In this document: positions 9,950 to 21,090 of the stretch, one piece after another
Layout of the letters: every line of letters begins with the position of its first letter
Position numbering within the stretch: position 1 is the stretch's first letter
Source: Mycobacterium tuberculosis H37Rv
GTDB lineage: Bacteria > Actinomycetota > Actinomycetes > Mycobacteriales > Mycobacteriaceae
NCBI RefSeq assembly: GCF_000195955.2
Contig: NC_000962.3
Location: forward strand, 3,360,001 to 3,392,000
Direction: 5' to 3'
Length of the DNA: 32,000 bases
Translations under genes and position numbers: made by a program
The notes under the pieces: generated by a model
Told to the model about the DNA's origin: nothing
What the model saw: only the letters and a program-made list of their open reading frames with translations
The model's database searches: none

Positions 9950-11434
9950 CTAAATGGCGCTCAGTAGCGGGCCGCGGGCGGCCTCATAAGCCGCCCCCAC
10001 CCGGTAGAGCCGGTCGTCGGCCAATGCCGGCGCCATGATCTGTAGGCCAACCGGCAACCCGTCGTCCGGGGAGAGCCCCGACGGCACAGACATGCCGCAG
10101 TGGCCGGCCAAGTTCAGCGGCAGCGTGCACAGGTCGAACAAGTACATCGCCAGCGGATCGTCCACCTTCTCACCCAGCCGGAACGCGGTGGTCGGGGTCG
10201 TGGGCGACACCAGCACGTCGACGGACCGATACGCCGCGTCGAGGTCGCGGGCGATCAGCGTGCGCACCTTCTGCGCCTGGTTGTAATAGGCGTCGTAGTA
10301 GCCGGCCGACAACGCGTAGGTGCCGATCATGATGCGCCGCTTGACCTCGGGCCCGAAACCGGCGGCCCGGGTCATCGCCATCACCTCCTCGGCGCTGCGG
10401 GTGCCGTCGTCGCCGACCCGCAGCCCGTAGCGCATCGCGTCGAAGCGCGCCAGATTGCTCGACACCTCCGAGGGCAGAATCAGGTAATAGGCGGCCAGGG
10501 CATGGTCGAAGTGCGGGCAGTCGACCTCGCTGACCTCAGCGCCCAGCGCGGTTAGCTGCTCCACGGCAGCCTCGAAGGAGGCCAGCACGCCCGGCTGGTA
10601 GCCCTCGCCGCCGTGCAGCTGTCGAACCACGCCGACCCGCACGCCACGCAGATCCCCGACCGCGCCGGCCCTAGCGGCGCCCACCACGTCGGGCACCTCG
10701 GCGTCGACCGACGTGGAGTCGCGCGGGTCGTGGCCGGCGATCACCTGATGCAACAGCGCGGTGTCCAAGACGGTGCGCGCACACGGGCCGCCCTGATCCA
10801 GCGAGGACGCGCAGGCCACCAGCCCATAGCGCGACACCGTGCCGTAGGTGGGTTTGACGCCGACGGTCGCGGTCAGCGCGGCCGGCTGGCGGATCGACCC
10901 CCCGGTGTCGGATCCGATGGCCAGCGGCGCCTGGAACGCGGCCAGCGCCGCCGCGCTGCCGCCACCGGAACCGCCGGGTACCCGGTCGAGATTCCACGGG
11001 TTGCGGGTGGGACCGTAAGCGGAGTTCTCCGTCGACGAGCCCATCGCGAACTCGTCCATGTTGGTCTTGCCCAGGATCGGGATCCCCGCGGCGCGCAACC
11101 GCGCGGTCAGCGTGGCGTCGTAGGGAGATCGCCATCCCTCCAGGATTTTTGACCCGCAGGTGGTGGGCATGTCGCTGGTGGTGAAGACGTCCTTGAGCGC
11201 CAGCGGCACCCCGGCCAGCGCCGACGGCAAGGGTTCTCCAGCGGCCACCTGCTTGTCGATGGCGGCCGCCGCCGCCAGCGCCTCATCGGCCGCCACATGC
11301 AGGAAGGCGTGGTACGTCTCGTCGGTCGCCTCGATCTGATCCAGGCAGGCCCGGGTGATCTCGGCCGACGACACCTCCTTGATGGCGATCTTGGCGGCCA
11401 GCGTCGCGGCGTCGGATCGGATGATGTCCGTCAC
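9950..11434 (-). CDS. gatA: Glutamyl-tRNA(Gln) amidotransferase subunit A
   Basis: Amidase signature [45 protein letters not shown]; 494 aa. Confidence 0.97.
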
Positions 11435-11730
11435 TGTTCATCCCCCAGGATCTGCGGGACGGCGAAGCGGCCGTCGACGGCATCGGGCGCCTGGTCGAGC
11501 ACCTGACGCTGGGTCAGGCACGGCACGGTCTCGTCCGGGCGGGTGACGTTGACGTCCTTGAGCGGATTGTCGGTGGCCTGCACACCGGTGACGTCGACGG
11601 CCTGGATCTGGCTGACGTGGGTCAGGATGGCGTCGAGTTGGCCGGCGAAACTGTCCAGCTCGGTTTCGGTCAATGCCAGCCGGGCAAGCCTGGCGAGGTG
11701 GGCAACCTCGTCGCGGGAGATCTGGGACAC
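11431..11730 (-). CDS. gatC: Aspartyl/glutamyl-tRNA amidotransferase subunit C
   Basis: [45 protein letters not shown]...; overlaps the gatA start by 4 nt. Confidence 0.95.
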
Positions 11731-11814
11731 GACCGCAAAGCCTAATGGGTGGCCGGACGGCCGACGCCGGCTGCCGAAACGCCGTGGATACATCGTTGTG
11801 CCACAGTGTTGGCC

Positions 11815-12471
11815 GTGCGTTCGTATCTATTGCGTATCGAGCTGGCCGACCGGCCGGGCAGCCTTGGGTCGCTGGCGGTCGCGCTCGGCTCGGTGGGCGC
11901 CGACATCCTCTCGCTCGACGTGGTCGAGCGCGGCAACGGCTATGCGATCGACGACCTGGTGGTCGAACTGCCCCCGGGAGCGATGCCCGACACGCTGATC
12001 ACTGCTGCCGAGGCGCTGAACGGCGTCCGGGTAGACAGCGTCCGCCCGCACACCGGCCTGTTGGAAGCCCACCGCGAGCTGGAACTGCTCGATCATGTGG
12101 CCGCGGCTGAGGGCGCGACCGCACGGCTCCAGGTTCTGGTCAACGAGGCCCCCCGGGTGCTCCGGGTGAGCTGGTGCACGGTGTTGCGCAGTTCCGGCGG
12201 GGAGCTGCACCGTCTGGCCGGCAGCCCAGGTGCGCCGGAGACCCGGGCCAATTCGGCGCCCTGGCTGCCGATCGAGCGGGCCGCGGCGCTGGACGGCGGC
12301 GCCGACTGGGTGCCGCAAGCCTGGCGCGACATGGATACCACCATGGTCGCGGCTCCATTGGGTGACACGCACACCGCGGTGGTGCTGGGCAGGCCAGGCC
12401 CGGAATTTCGCCCGTCGGAGGTGGCGCGGTTGGGTTATCTAGCCGGCATCGTGGCGACGATGCTGCGCTGA
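11815..12471 (+). CDS. ACT-domain amino-acid-binding protein
   Basis: [52 protein letters not shown] is an ACT fold. GTG start at 11815, 218 aa. Confidence 0.85.
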   Translation: MRSYLLRIELADRPGSLGSLAVALGSVGADILSLDVVERGNGYAIDDLVVELPPGAMPDTLITAAEALNGVRVDSVRPHTGLLEAHRELELLDHVAAAEGATARLQVLVNEAPRVLRVSWCTVLRSSGGELHRLAGSPGAPETRANSAPWLPIERAAALDGGADWVPQAWRDMDTTMVAAPLGDTHTAVVLGRPGPEFRPSEVARLGYLAGIVATMLR

Positions 12472-12497
12472 GCGGTTCGTTGGCAACCAAGGTTCGC

Positions 12498-14629
<2,132 letters not shown>

Positions 14630-14650
14630 CTAGCCGAGGGGGCTCTTCCC

Positions 14651-15664
14651 TCAGATGGCCTCTGGGTCCCGCGCGAACGCCTCAGCGACATCACGGGCAA
14701 GCCCGACCGCGGTGCGGGCCCACTGCCCCGTCGCATTGGCCAGACCACACGCCGGGCTGACGCCGAGTCGATCGCGTAGCGCCGAGCGAGGAACGCCGAG
14801 CCGATCGGTGACCGCGACCGCCGCAGCAGCGACCTCTTCCATCGAAGGTGCTCGCTCCGGGGCGGTCACCGGGACCAGGCCCAGCACGACGGTTCGGCCC
14901 GACTCGACAAATGCCGCGACAGCATCCAAATCCGCAGCCTGCAGTGTGCTCGCATCCACCGATACCGCACTAATTCTGCTGCGCTGCAGCAGATCCCACG
15001 GCAAATCCGGACTGCAGCTGTGTAGCGCTACGTCCGCGTCGACAGCCGCGATGCAAGTGTCGAGCAGCGCTTCGGCCACCGTCTCGTCGAGCGGGGCAAC
15101 CGGGCTCAACGCGGTCACCCCGGTCAGCCGGCCGCCCAACGCCGCCGGCAACGACGGCTCGTCGAACTGCACCACCACCGGTGTGTCAAGTCGACGCGCC
15201 AGCGCCGCGCGATGCGCGGCAACGCCTTCGGCCAGCGAGGCGGCCAGGTCACGCACGGCTCCGGGGTCGGTGATCGCCCGGTGACCGTTGGCCAGCTCCA
15301 ACCCCGCGACCAATGTGACTGGCCCGGGCGCCTGCACCTTCACCGCCCGCCCACAGCCACGCAGGCCCGCGGTCTCCCAGGCCTCTTCTAAGGCATCCAT
15401 ATCCTCGTCGAGGAGGCTCGCGGCCCGCCGTGTCACCGCGCCGGGTCGAGCAGCGATGCGGTAGCCACGAGGCACGGTGTCAATCGCCACGTCGACCAGC
15501 AGTCCGCCGGCTCGCCCCAGCATGTCGGCGCCGACGCCCCTGGCGGGCAGCTCGGTGAGATAGGCCAATGCACCCGCCAACTCCCCGACCACGACCTGCG
15601 CGGCCTCTCGCGCGGCGGTGCCCGGCCACGATCCGATCCCGGTGGCCGTTGCGAAAACACTCAC
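14651..15664 (-). CDS. MetE-like (cobalamin-independent methionine synthase / UROD-fold) protein
   Basis: 337 aa: ATGIGSWPGTAAREAAQVVVGELAG, VQFDEPSLPAAL, VALHSCSPDLPWDLL, VSPACGLANATGQWARTAVGLARDVAEAF. Confidence 0.75.
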   Translation of the reverse strand: MSVFATATGIGSWPGTAAREAAQVVVGELAGALAYLTELPARGVGADMLGRAGGLLVDVAIDTVPRGYRIAARPGAVTRRAASLLDEDMDALEEAWETAGLRGCGRAVKVQAPGPVTLVAGLELANGHRAITDPGAVRDLAASLAEGVAAHRAALARRLDTPVVVQFDEPSLPAALGGRLTGVTALSPVAPLDETVAEALLDTCIAAVDADVALHSCSPDLPWDLLQRSRISAVSVDASTLQAADLDAVAAFVESGRTVVLGLVPVTAPERAPSMEEVAAAAVAVTDRLGVPRSALRDRLGVSPACGLANATGQWARTAVGLARDVAEAFARDPEAI

Positions 15665-15757
15665 CCGGCAACCGTATTCGACCTCACATCGTCGGCTGGC
15701 CGCCAGGGGTGTCTGCTGCAGGTTCGCCCGGGTACCTTCGAAGCAGAAGGGTGGCAG

Positions 15758-16387
15758 ATGGTGGGATTGACGCGGCCGCTGCTGTTATGTGGCGCGACAC
15801 TACTGATTGCGGCGTGCACCCGGGTGGTGGGCGGCACGGCTTCGGCGACTTTTGGCGGTGACCGACAGGGCATGCTTGACGTCGCTACGATCCTGTTGGA
15901 TCAGTCACGGATGCAAGCAATCACCGGCTCCGGCGATGACCTGACGATCATCCCCACGATGGACACGACGTATCCCGTCGACGTCGACGATTTCGCCCAA
16001 CCCATACCACGAGAATGCCGGTTCATCTATGCCGAGACGGCAGTCTTTGGCTCTGAGATCGAAGCGTTTCACAAGACCACCTTCCAGGACCGGCCAGATG
16101 GCAGTCTGATCTCCGAGGCGGCCGCCGCCTATCGGGATGCCGGCACCGCCCGGCGTGCCTTCGACACCCTGGCGGTCACCGTCCACGACTGCGCGGCAAG
16201 TCCGGCAGGCTGGCTGTTCGTCAGTAGGTGGACCGCCGGCGGCAATTCCCTACACATCCGGGCCGGCGATTGCGGTCGCGACTACCGGGTCCTATCGGCG
16301 GCCCTGTTGGAAGTGACCTTCTGCGGCTTCCCGGAATCGGTCTCCGACATCGTGATGACGAACATCGCCGCCAACGTGCCGGGTTAG
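15758..16387 (+). CDS. lpqA: Lipoprotein LpqA
   Basis: MVGLTRPLLLCGATLLIAACTRVVGG signal peptide with lipobox LIAAC; 209 aa; synteny. Confidence 0.85.
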   Translation: MVGLTRPLLLCGATLLIAACTRVVGGTASATFGGDRQGMLDVATILLDQSRMQAITGSGDDLTIIPTMDTTYPVDVDDFAQPIPRECRFIYAETAVFGSEIEAFHKTTFQDRPDGSLISEAAAAYRDAGTARRAFDTLAVTVHDCAASPAGWLFVSRWTAGGNSLHIRAGDCGRDYRVLSAALLEVTFCGFPESVSDIVMTNIAANVPG

Positions 16388-16489
16388 CACCTCGAGCCCG
16401 CGTTCAGGATGCCAGGACGGATGTCAACGTGGTCAGTTGTGCGTTGCGCTGCGCGACGACATTGGTGCTGACATTTCCACCACGCGCGT

Positions 16490-16852
16490 TTAGTCTCCGG
16501 CGTCGGCGGCCGTGGCTGGACCCGCATGGCGCGGGTCCAGCCACCGACCCCGGAACGACCCCACCCTAATCGTTCCGCAGTCTGACGAATCGCCTACCGG
16601 CCTTTCCAGCACCCCGATCTGGCGTAGTGCTCGCCGGCACCGACGGTAGGCCCGCGCGAGAGCCTCCATGGCCTGATTCCACTGGGCCTGCCAGTCCTGA
16701 TGACTCATCCCGAGATCACCTTGGCAAGCACGCGACGGCGCGGTGCGCTCACTGGCGATATCGGCCCCCAAGCTCTGCGTCGTGCCCGTATAACCGGCCA
16801 TGTCTCCGACATTGGCCGTCATCGCCGGGTAGCTGTACATACTCTGCGACAC
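16490..16852 (-). CDS. esxQ: ESAT-6-like protein EsxQ (degenerate EsxH/EsxR paralogue)
   Basis: [48 protein letters not shown]... aligns with EsxR over the first ~69 residues, then an unrelated tail. WXG appears as CQG. Confidence 0.85.
   Translation of the reverse strand: MSQSMYSYPAMTANVGDMAGYTGTTQSLGADIASERTAPSRACQGDLGMSHQDWQAQWNQAMEALARAYRRCRRALRQIGVLERPVGDSSDCGTIRVGSFRGRWLDPRHAGPATAADAGD
16512..16544. repeat. 14-bp perfect hairpin within the esxQ 3' end
   Basis: gtggctggacccgc - atggc - gcgggtccagccac (arms 16512-16525 and 16531-16544). Confidence 0.8.
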
Positions 16853-16926
16853 CACGAATCCCTTTCAAATATTCCGGGCAATGATTTTTAGACACTCTTT
16901 CGATCGAAAATTTGGTCGAGTTCACG

Positions 16927-17357
16927 GCCGTCAGATCGTCAAACTGACACCAACCCCCCATCACCGGCCACACCGACCAAATCCGGCCCCCAGCTGCCCG
17001 GCAGCATCGGCACCGGCGCACCATCACCAAACTCATCGGCCAACACCGTCAACCCCGCCGGCTGCCCAACCGACTCCTTGCCAGCCGTCCCAACAAACCC
17101 CAACGCCCCAGCACCCCGATCAGAAGCCAGCACCGACACCGACGTGCTCGCGGGAGCCGGCTCCACCGCCGACACCAACCGCGCCTGCGGCGACACCACA
17201 CCACCCGACACCGGCGCCACACTGCCCACCAACGCCGCCGGCGCGCCAGCAGCCGCACCCACCGCCGGCAGAGCGGCCAATCCCGCCACCCCGGCCAACC
17301 CAGCTACACCCGGAACCACAGCAGCGGCCAACGCCCCCAACAACGGCCCCCCCAAAA
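16927..17357 (-). repeat. Direct repeat copy 1a (PPE46 3' part), paired with 19364-19794
   Basis: 431 nt in both copies, with no difference seen by eye. Antisense ORFs 17049..17258 and 19486..19695 translate identically at a constant offset of 2437 nt. Confidence 0.9.
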
Positions 17358-18243
17358 GGGGAACAACACCAAACAGATTCCCAATAACCCACTCGACAAC
17401 TATGTCTATAACGCCCGCAATGGCATACAATAATCCGACCGCAACATAAGAAGCATTGATAGCGAACTCTGTCAATAGTTGAGCATTGGATGCCAACGTA
17501 ATAATGAACCCAATAATGTTGAAACCCAGGATATCCACAAAGAGCTGGAACCAAACCCAAGCCACCGCAGGGAGTTCGGAAAGCAAAGCGGACAGATACT
17601 GGTCATATGCTGCGAACGTTTCTTCTAAAAACTGTACAATTTCGTGCCATGGGAATGGGGTTATGGTTGCGGCGGCCACGGCGTTGCTGGCTTCATTGGC
17701 GCCGGGTTTGACGATGACCGGTGCCGGGCCGGTGTGTGGTGTGGCCACCAGCGCGGCACCCACCACCGCCTCATAGGCGCTCATCACGGTGGCCGCCTGG
17801 ACCCACATCCGCACATAGTCGGCCTCGTTGAGCGCGATCGGGATCGTGTTGATCCCAAAGAAATTCGTCGCCACCAACACCGCATGCGTGAGGTGGTTGG
17901 CCGCCAACTCCGGCAACGTCGGCATCTCCGCCAACGCACAAACATAGCCAGCCGCCGCGGCCTCATGCTCACCGGCCGCCGCCGCGCTATCCGCACTGGC
18001 CTGCACCAACCACGCCACATACGGCACATAGGCGGCCACAAACAACTCAGCACTGGGACCCTGCCACACCCCGGCCCCCACCGCGGCCACCACCACGCTC
18101 AACTCTTGCGCCACAGCGGCGTACTCGGCGCTTAACGCGCTCCACCCCGCCGCGGCCGCCTGCAACGAACCCGGCCCCGGACCAGCACTTAGCAGCGCCG
18201 AATGCACCTCCGGCGGCGACGCCAACCACACCGGCGCCGTCAC
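16939..18243 (-). CDS. PPE46: PPE family protein PPE46
   Basis: 434 aa with a PPE domain ([42 protein letters not shown]...). GTG start. Confidence 0.95.
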   Translation of the reverse strand: MTAPVWLASPPEVHSALLSAGPGPGSLQAAAAGWSALSAEYAAVAQELSVVVAAVGAGVWQGPSAELFVAAYVPYVAWLVQASADSAAAAGEHEAAAAGYVCALAEMPTLPELAANHLTHAVLVATNFFGINTIPIALNEADYVRMWVQAATVMSAYEAVVGAALVATPHTGPAPVIVKPGANEASNAVAAATITPFPWHEIVQFLEETFAAYDQYLSALLSELPAVAWVWFQLFVDILGFNIIGFIITLASNAQLLTEFAINASYVAVGLLYAIAGVIDIVVEWVIGNLFGVVPLLGGPLLGALAAAVVPGVAGLAGVAGLAALPAVGAAAGAPAALVGSVAPVSGGVVSPQARLVSAVEPAPASTSVSVLASDRGAGALGFVGTAGKESVGQPAGLTVLADEFGDGAPVPMLPGSWGPDLVGVAGDGGLVSV

Positions 18244-18269
18244 AACGACCCACCCGAAACCAGATACGT
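17649..18269 (-). repeat. Direct repeat copy 1b (PPE46 5' part), paired with 20089-20708
   Basis: 621 nt against 620 nt in the other copy. The only difference noticed is one C missing at 20440/20441. Confidence 0.9.
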
Positions 18270-18328
18270 GCCCAGGACACCGAACTCGACCGTGCGGTGC
18301 GAGGACACCGGATCACCCGCTAGCGGAA

Positions 18329-18415
18329 TCAATGTGCGGCGGCCAGCCGTGCGGTCAACGCCTCCACCGCCGCACTGGCGGCCGCCAAACCCTCAGGAAC
18401 CACGCTCAGCGTCAC
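18329..18415 (-). pseudogene. PE27A: Truncated PE protein PE27A (28 aa: [28 protein letters not shown])
   Basis: N-terminal 28 residues match PE29 with one substitution (S versus R), then a stop. The PE29-equivalent downstream sequence is replaced by a 63-nt spacer (18270-18332). Confidence 0.8.
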
Positions 18416-18710
18416 CACGCACACTCCTTCCTTAGGCGCCTCCCACACCCATCTCCCGGATTTTTGCTCTATCAACTGTTGTAAATAGCTACGATTACCC
18501 AGGCGTAGACGACGACGCCGCAGATTCCTCACACCCGCGCCTGCGCAATTGGCCACGCACCACCGCCGGCAGCGAGGCCGCCAGCCACACACCAAGCTCC
18601 TCGCCGACCACATCGGCTACCGGATCCACCAACAGCGCAACGGCATTCGGATGGGGGCCCATCAAACCCACCGATCATCCCGGCGTCGCCGACCACGCCC
18701 GCGCCGTGTG

Positions 18711-19001
18711 CTAGCCGCCCCACTTGGCGGCTTCGGCCCCATCTCGAGCCAACATCGCCATGGTGTTGGACTCATGGGTGCCAGACATCGACTGATAGGC
18801 CCGCACCAGATCCTCTAGGGCCTGGTTCCACTGGGTCTGCCAGCCCTGATACGTGATCCCGGTATCACCCTGCCAAGCACTGGACAGCACGGCCTGCTCA
18901 CTGGCGATATCGGCCCCCAAGCTCTGCAGCGTGCCCGCATAACCGGCCATGTCCCCGGCATGAGCCATCATCGCCGGATAGTTGTACATAATCTGCGACA
19001 T
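18711..19001 (-). CDS. esxR: ESAT-6-like protein EsxR (EsxH paralogue)
   Basis: 96 aa [99 protein letters not shown] (WXG) is present. Confidence 0.96.
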
Positions 19002-19035
19002 CACAAACCCCTTTTCATTCCGAGCAGCGACTTTT

Positions 19036-19329
19036 TTAAAACCCGGTGTAGCTGGACGCGGCGGCGGCATCGGCGGCCACATACGTGCCCGCGGCCTCAC
19101 CCAAATTGGCTTGCGCGATATCCAGCAAGGTATTGACCTTGGCGGCCGCGGCCACAAACCGGGCATGCGCACCCTGAAACGCCGCCGCGGACTCTCCCTG
19201 ATGAAACGCCTGCGCCGACATCGCCTGCTGCTCGGCCTGACCGATCGTATGCCGCATCAACCCCGCCTTAGCGGCAAACGCCGTATGCGAAGCGATCAAC
19301 TGCGGAATATGGGCATCCAACAAACTCAT
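19036..19329 (-). CDS. esxS: ESAT-6-like protein EsxS (EsxG paralogue)
   Basis: 97 aa [97 protein letters not shown]. Confidence 0.96.
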
Positions 19330-19363
19330 CACAATTCCTTCCAATTCGAATCACCAATTACTC

Positions 19364-19794
19364 GCCGTCAGATCGTCAAACTGACACCAACCCCCCATCA
19401 CCGGCCACACCGACCAAATCCGGCCCCCAGCTGCCCGGCAGCATCGGCACCGGCGCACCATCACCAAACTCATCGGCCAACACCGTCAACCCCGCCGGCT
19501 GCCCAACCGACTCCTTGCCAGCCGTCCCAACAAACCCCAACGCCCCAGCACCCCGATCAGAAGCCAGCACCGACACCGACGTGCTCGCGGGAGCCGGCTC
19601 CACCGCCGACACCAACCGCGCCTGCGGCGACACCACACCACCCGACACCGGCGCCACACTGCCCACCAACGCCGCCGGCGCGCCAGCAGCCGCACCCACC
19701 GCCGGCAGAGCGGCCAATCCCGCCACCCCGGCCAACCCAGCTACACCCGGAACCACAGCAGCGGCCAACGCCCCCAACAACGGCCCCCCCAAAA
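19364..19794 (-). repeat. Direct repeat copy 2a (PPE47 3' part), paired with 16927-17357
   Basis: See 16927-17357. Confidence 0.9.
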
Positions 19795-20452
19795 CCGGAA
19801 TAGCGCCAAAAATATTCGAAATAATCCAACCAATACTGAGTATCGCCAGTTCCAAGACAACCGCGAATTCTAATAGCGGAACCAGAACAAATACGCCTAA
19901 CGCAAAACCTACCGTGGCGAAAAACATATCGATCATCCCGGTAAGGACGAGCCAAGGCTCGAAATTTACCAGACCCGTGATCAGCTCGACGAATCCCACA
20001 GCCCAGGCTTCGGCGCTCTTCATTATCAATTCGCCGACCTCTGTAAATGCTTGGGCAGCCATTTCCAAAAACTTCGCTAATTCTCCGAATGGGAATGGGG
20101 TTATGGTTGCGGCGGCCACGGCGTTGCTGGCTTCATTGGCGCCGGGTTTGACGATGACCGGTGCCGGGCCGGTGTGTGGTGTGGCCACCAGCGCGGCACC
20201 CACCACCGCCTCATAGGCGCTCATCACGGTGGCCGCCTGGACCCACATCCGCACATAGTCGGCCTCGTTGAGCGCGATCGGGATCGTGTTGATCCCAAAG
20301 AAATTCGTCGCCACCAACACCGCATGCGTGAGGTGGTTGGCCGCCAACTCCGGCAACGTCGGCATCTCCGCCAACGCACAAACATAGCCAGCCGCCGCGG
20401 CCTCATGCTCACCGGCCGCCGCCGCGCTATCCGCACTGGCTGCACCAACCAC
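19376..20452 (-). pseudogene. PPE47: PPE47: C-terminal fragment of a frameshifted PPE gene
   Basis: 358 aa; continues the PPE frame from [27 protein letters not shown] after a 1-bp deletion at 20440/20441. Confidence 0.92.
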
Positions 20453-20708
20453 GCCACATACGGCACATAGGCGGCCACAAACAACTCAGCACTGGGACCC
20501 TGCCACACCCCGGCCCCCACCGCGGCCACCACCACGCTCAACTCTTGCGCCACAGCGGCGTACTCGGCGCTTAACGCGCTCCACCCCGCCGCGGCCGCCT
20601 GCAACGAACCCGGCCCCGGACCAGCACTTAGCAGCGCCGAATGCACCTCCGGCGGCGACGCCAACCACACCGGCGCCGTCACAACGACCCACCCGAAACC
20701 AGATACGT
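20089..20708 (-). repeat. Direct repeat copy 2b (PPE48/47 5' part), paired with 17649-18269
   Basis: See 17649-18269. Confidence 0.9.
20224..20682 (-). pseudogene. PPE48: PPE48: N-terminal fragment of the same PPE gene (81 aa before the frameshift, then an out-of-frame tail)
   Basis: [18 protein letters not shown]...[11 protein letters not shown], then [16 protein letters not shown] instead of [18 protein letters not shown]. Confidence 0.92.
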
Positions 20709-20993
20709 CGCCGCCGCCACCGCATCACCGGCGGCATAACCGATCCCAGACTCACCCACAGCGACCCCGGAACGACCCAGCTCCTCGACCCCTTCGCCCG
20801 CGATCGCCGCATGCTCGCTACCTAAGGCGCTAAACCCCACCGCACTCTGCAACGACACCGGATCCGCCGCCGGCGCCACCACCGCCGTAATCGCCGGCGC
20901 CGCGCCAGCGTGTGCGGCGGCCAGCCGTGCGGTCAACGCCTCCACCGCCGCACTGGCGGCCGCCAAACCCTCAGGAACCACTCTCAGCGTCAC
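20679..20993 (-). CDS. PE29: PE family protein PE29
   Basis: 104 aa [49 protein letters not shown]...[22 protein letters not shown]. Carries a YxxxD (YAAGD) type VII secretion motif; 4-nt overlap with PPE48. Confidence 0.93.
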   Translation of the reverse strand: MTLRVVPEGLAAASAAVEALTARLAAAHAGAAPAITAVVAPAADPVSLQSAVGFSALGSEHAAIAGEGVEELGRSGVAVGESGIGYAAGDAVAAATYLVSGGSL

Positions 20994-21067
20994 CACCCAC
21001 ACTCCTTCCTTAGGCGTCACACACCCGCACGACCGGTTACCGTCACCAGCGGAGCGAATTATTGACA

Positions 21068-21090
21068 CCTGTCTTGACGCCTGTCTTGAC
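21068..21090. repeat. Tandem direct repeat cctgtcttgac x2 (12-nt period) upstream of PE29
   Basis: ...gacacCCTGTCTTGAC-like unit: cctgtcttgac at 21068-21078 and again at 21080-21090. Confidence 0.6.

Noticed and set aside
9950-9953. Possible gatA readthrough or extended C-terminus into the palindrome
   Set aside because: The gatA stop (TAG at 9952-9950) is clean and lies before the hairpin in the direction of transcription.
18982-19803. 273 aa plus-strand ORF and the similar 16881..17387 ORF, Pro/Thr/His-rich
   Set aside because: These are antisense to the PPE C-terminal repeats. They recur only because the underlying DNA is duplicated. The proline-rich sequence is the mirror of Gly/Val/Leu-rich PPE coding.
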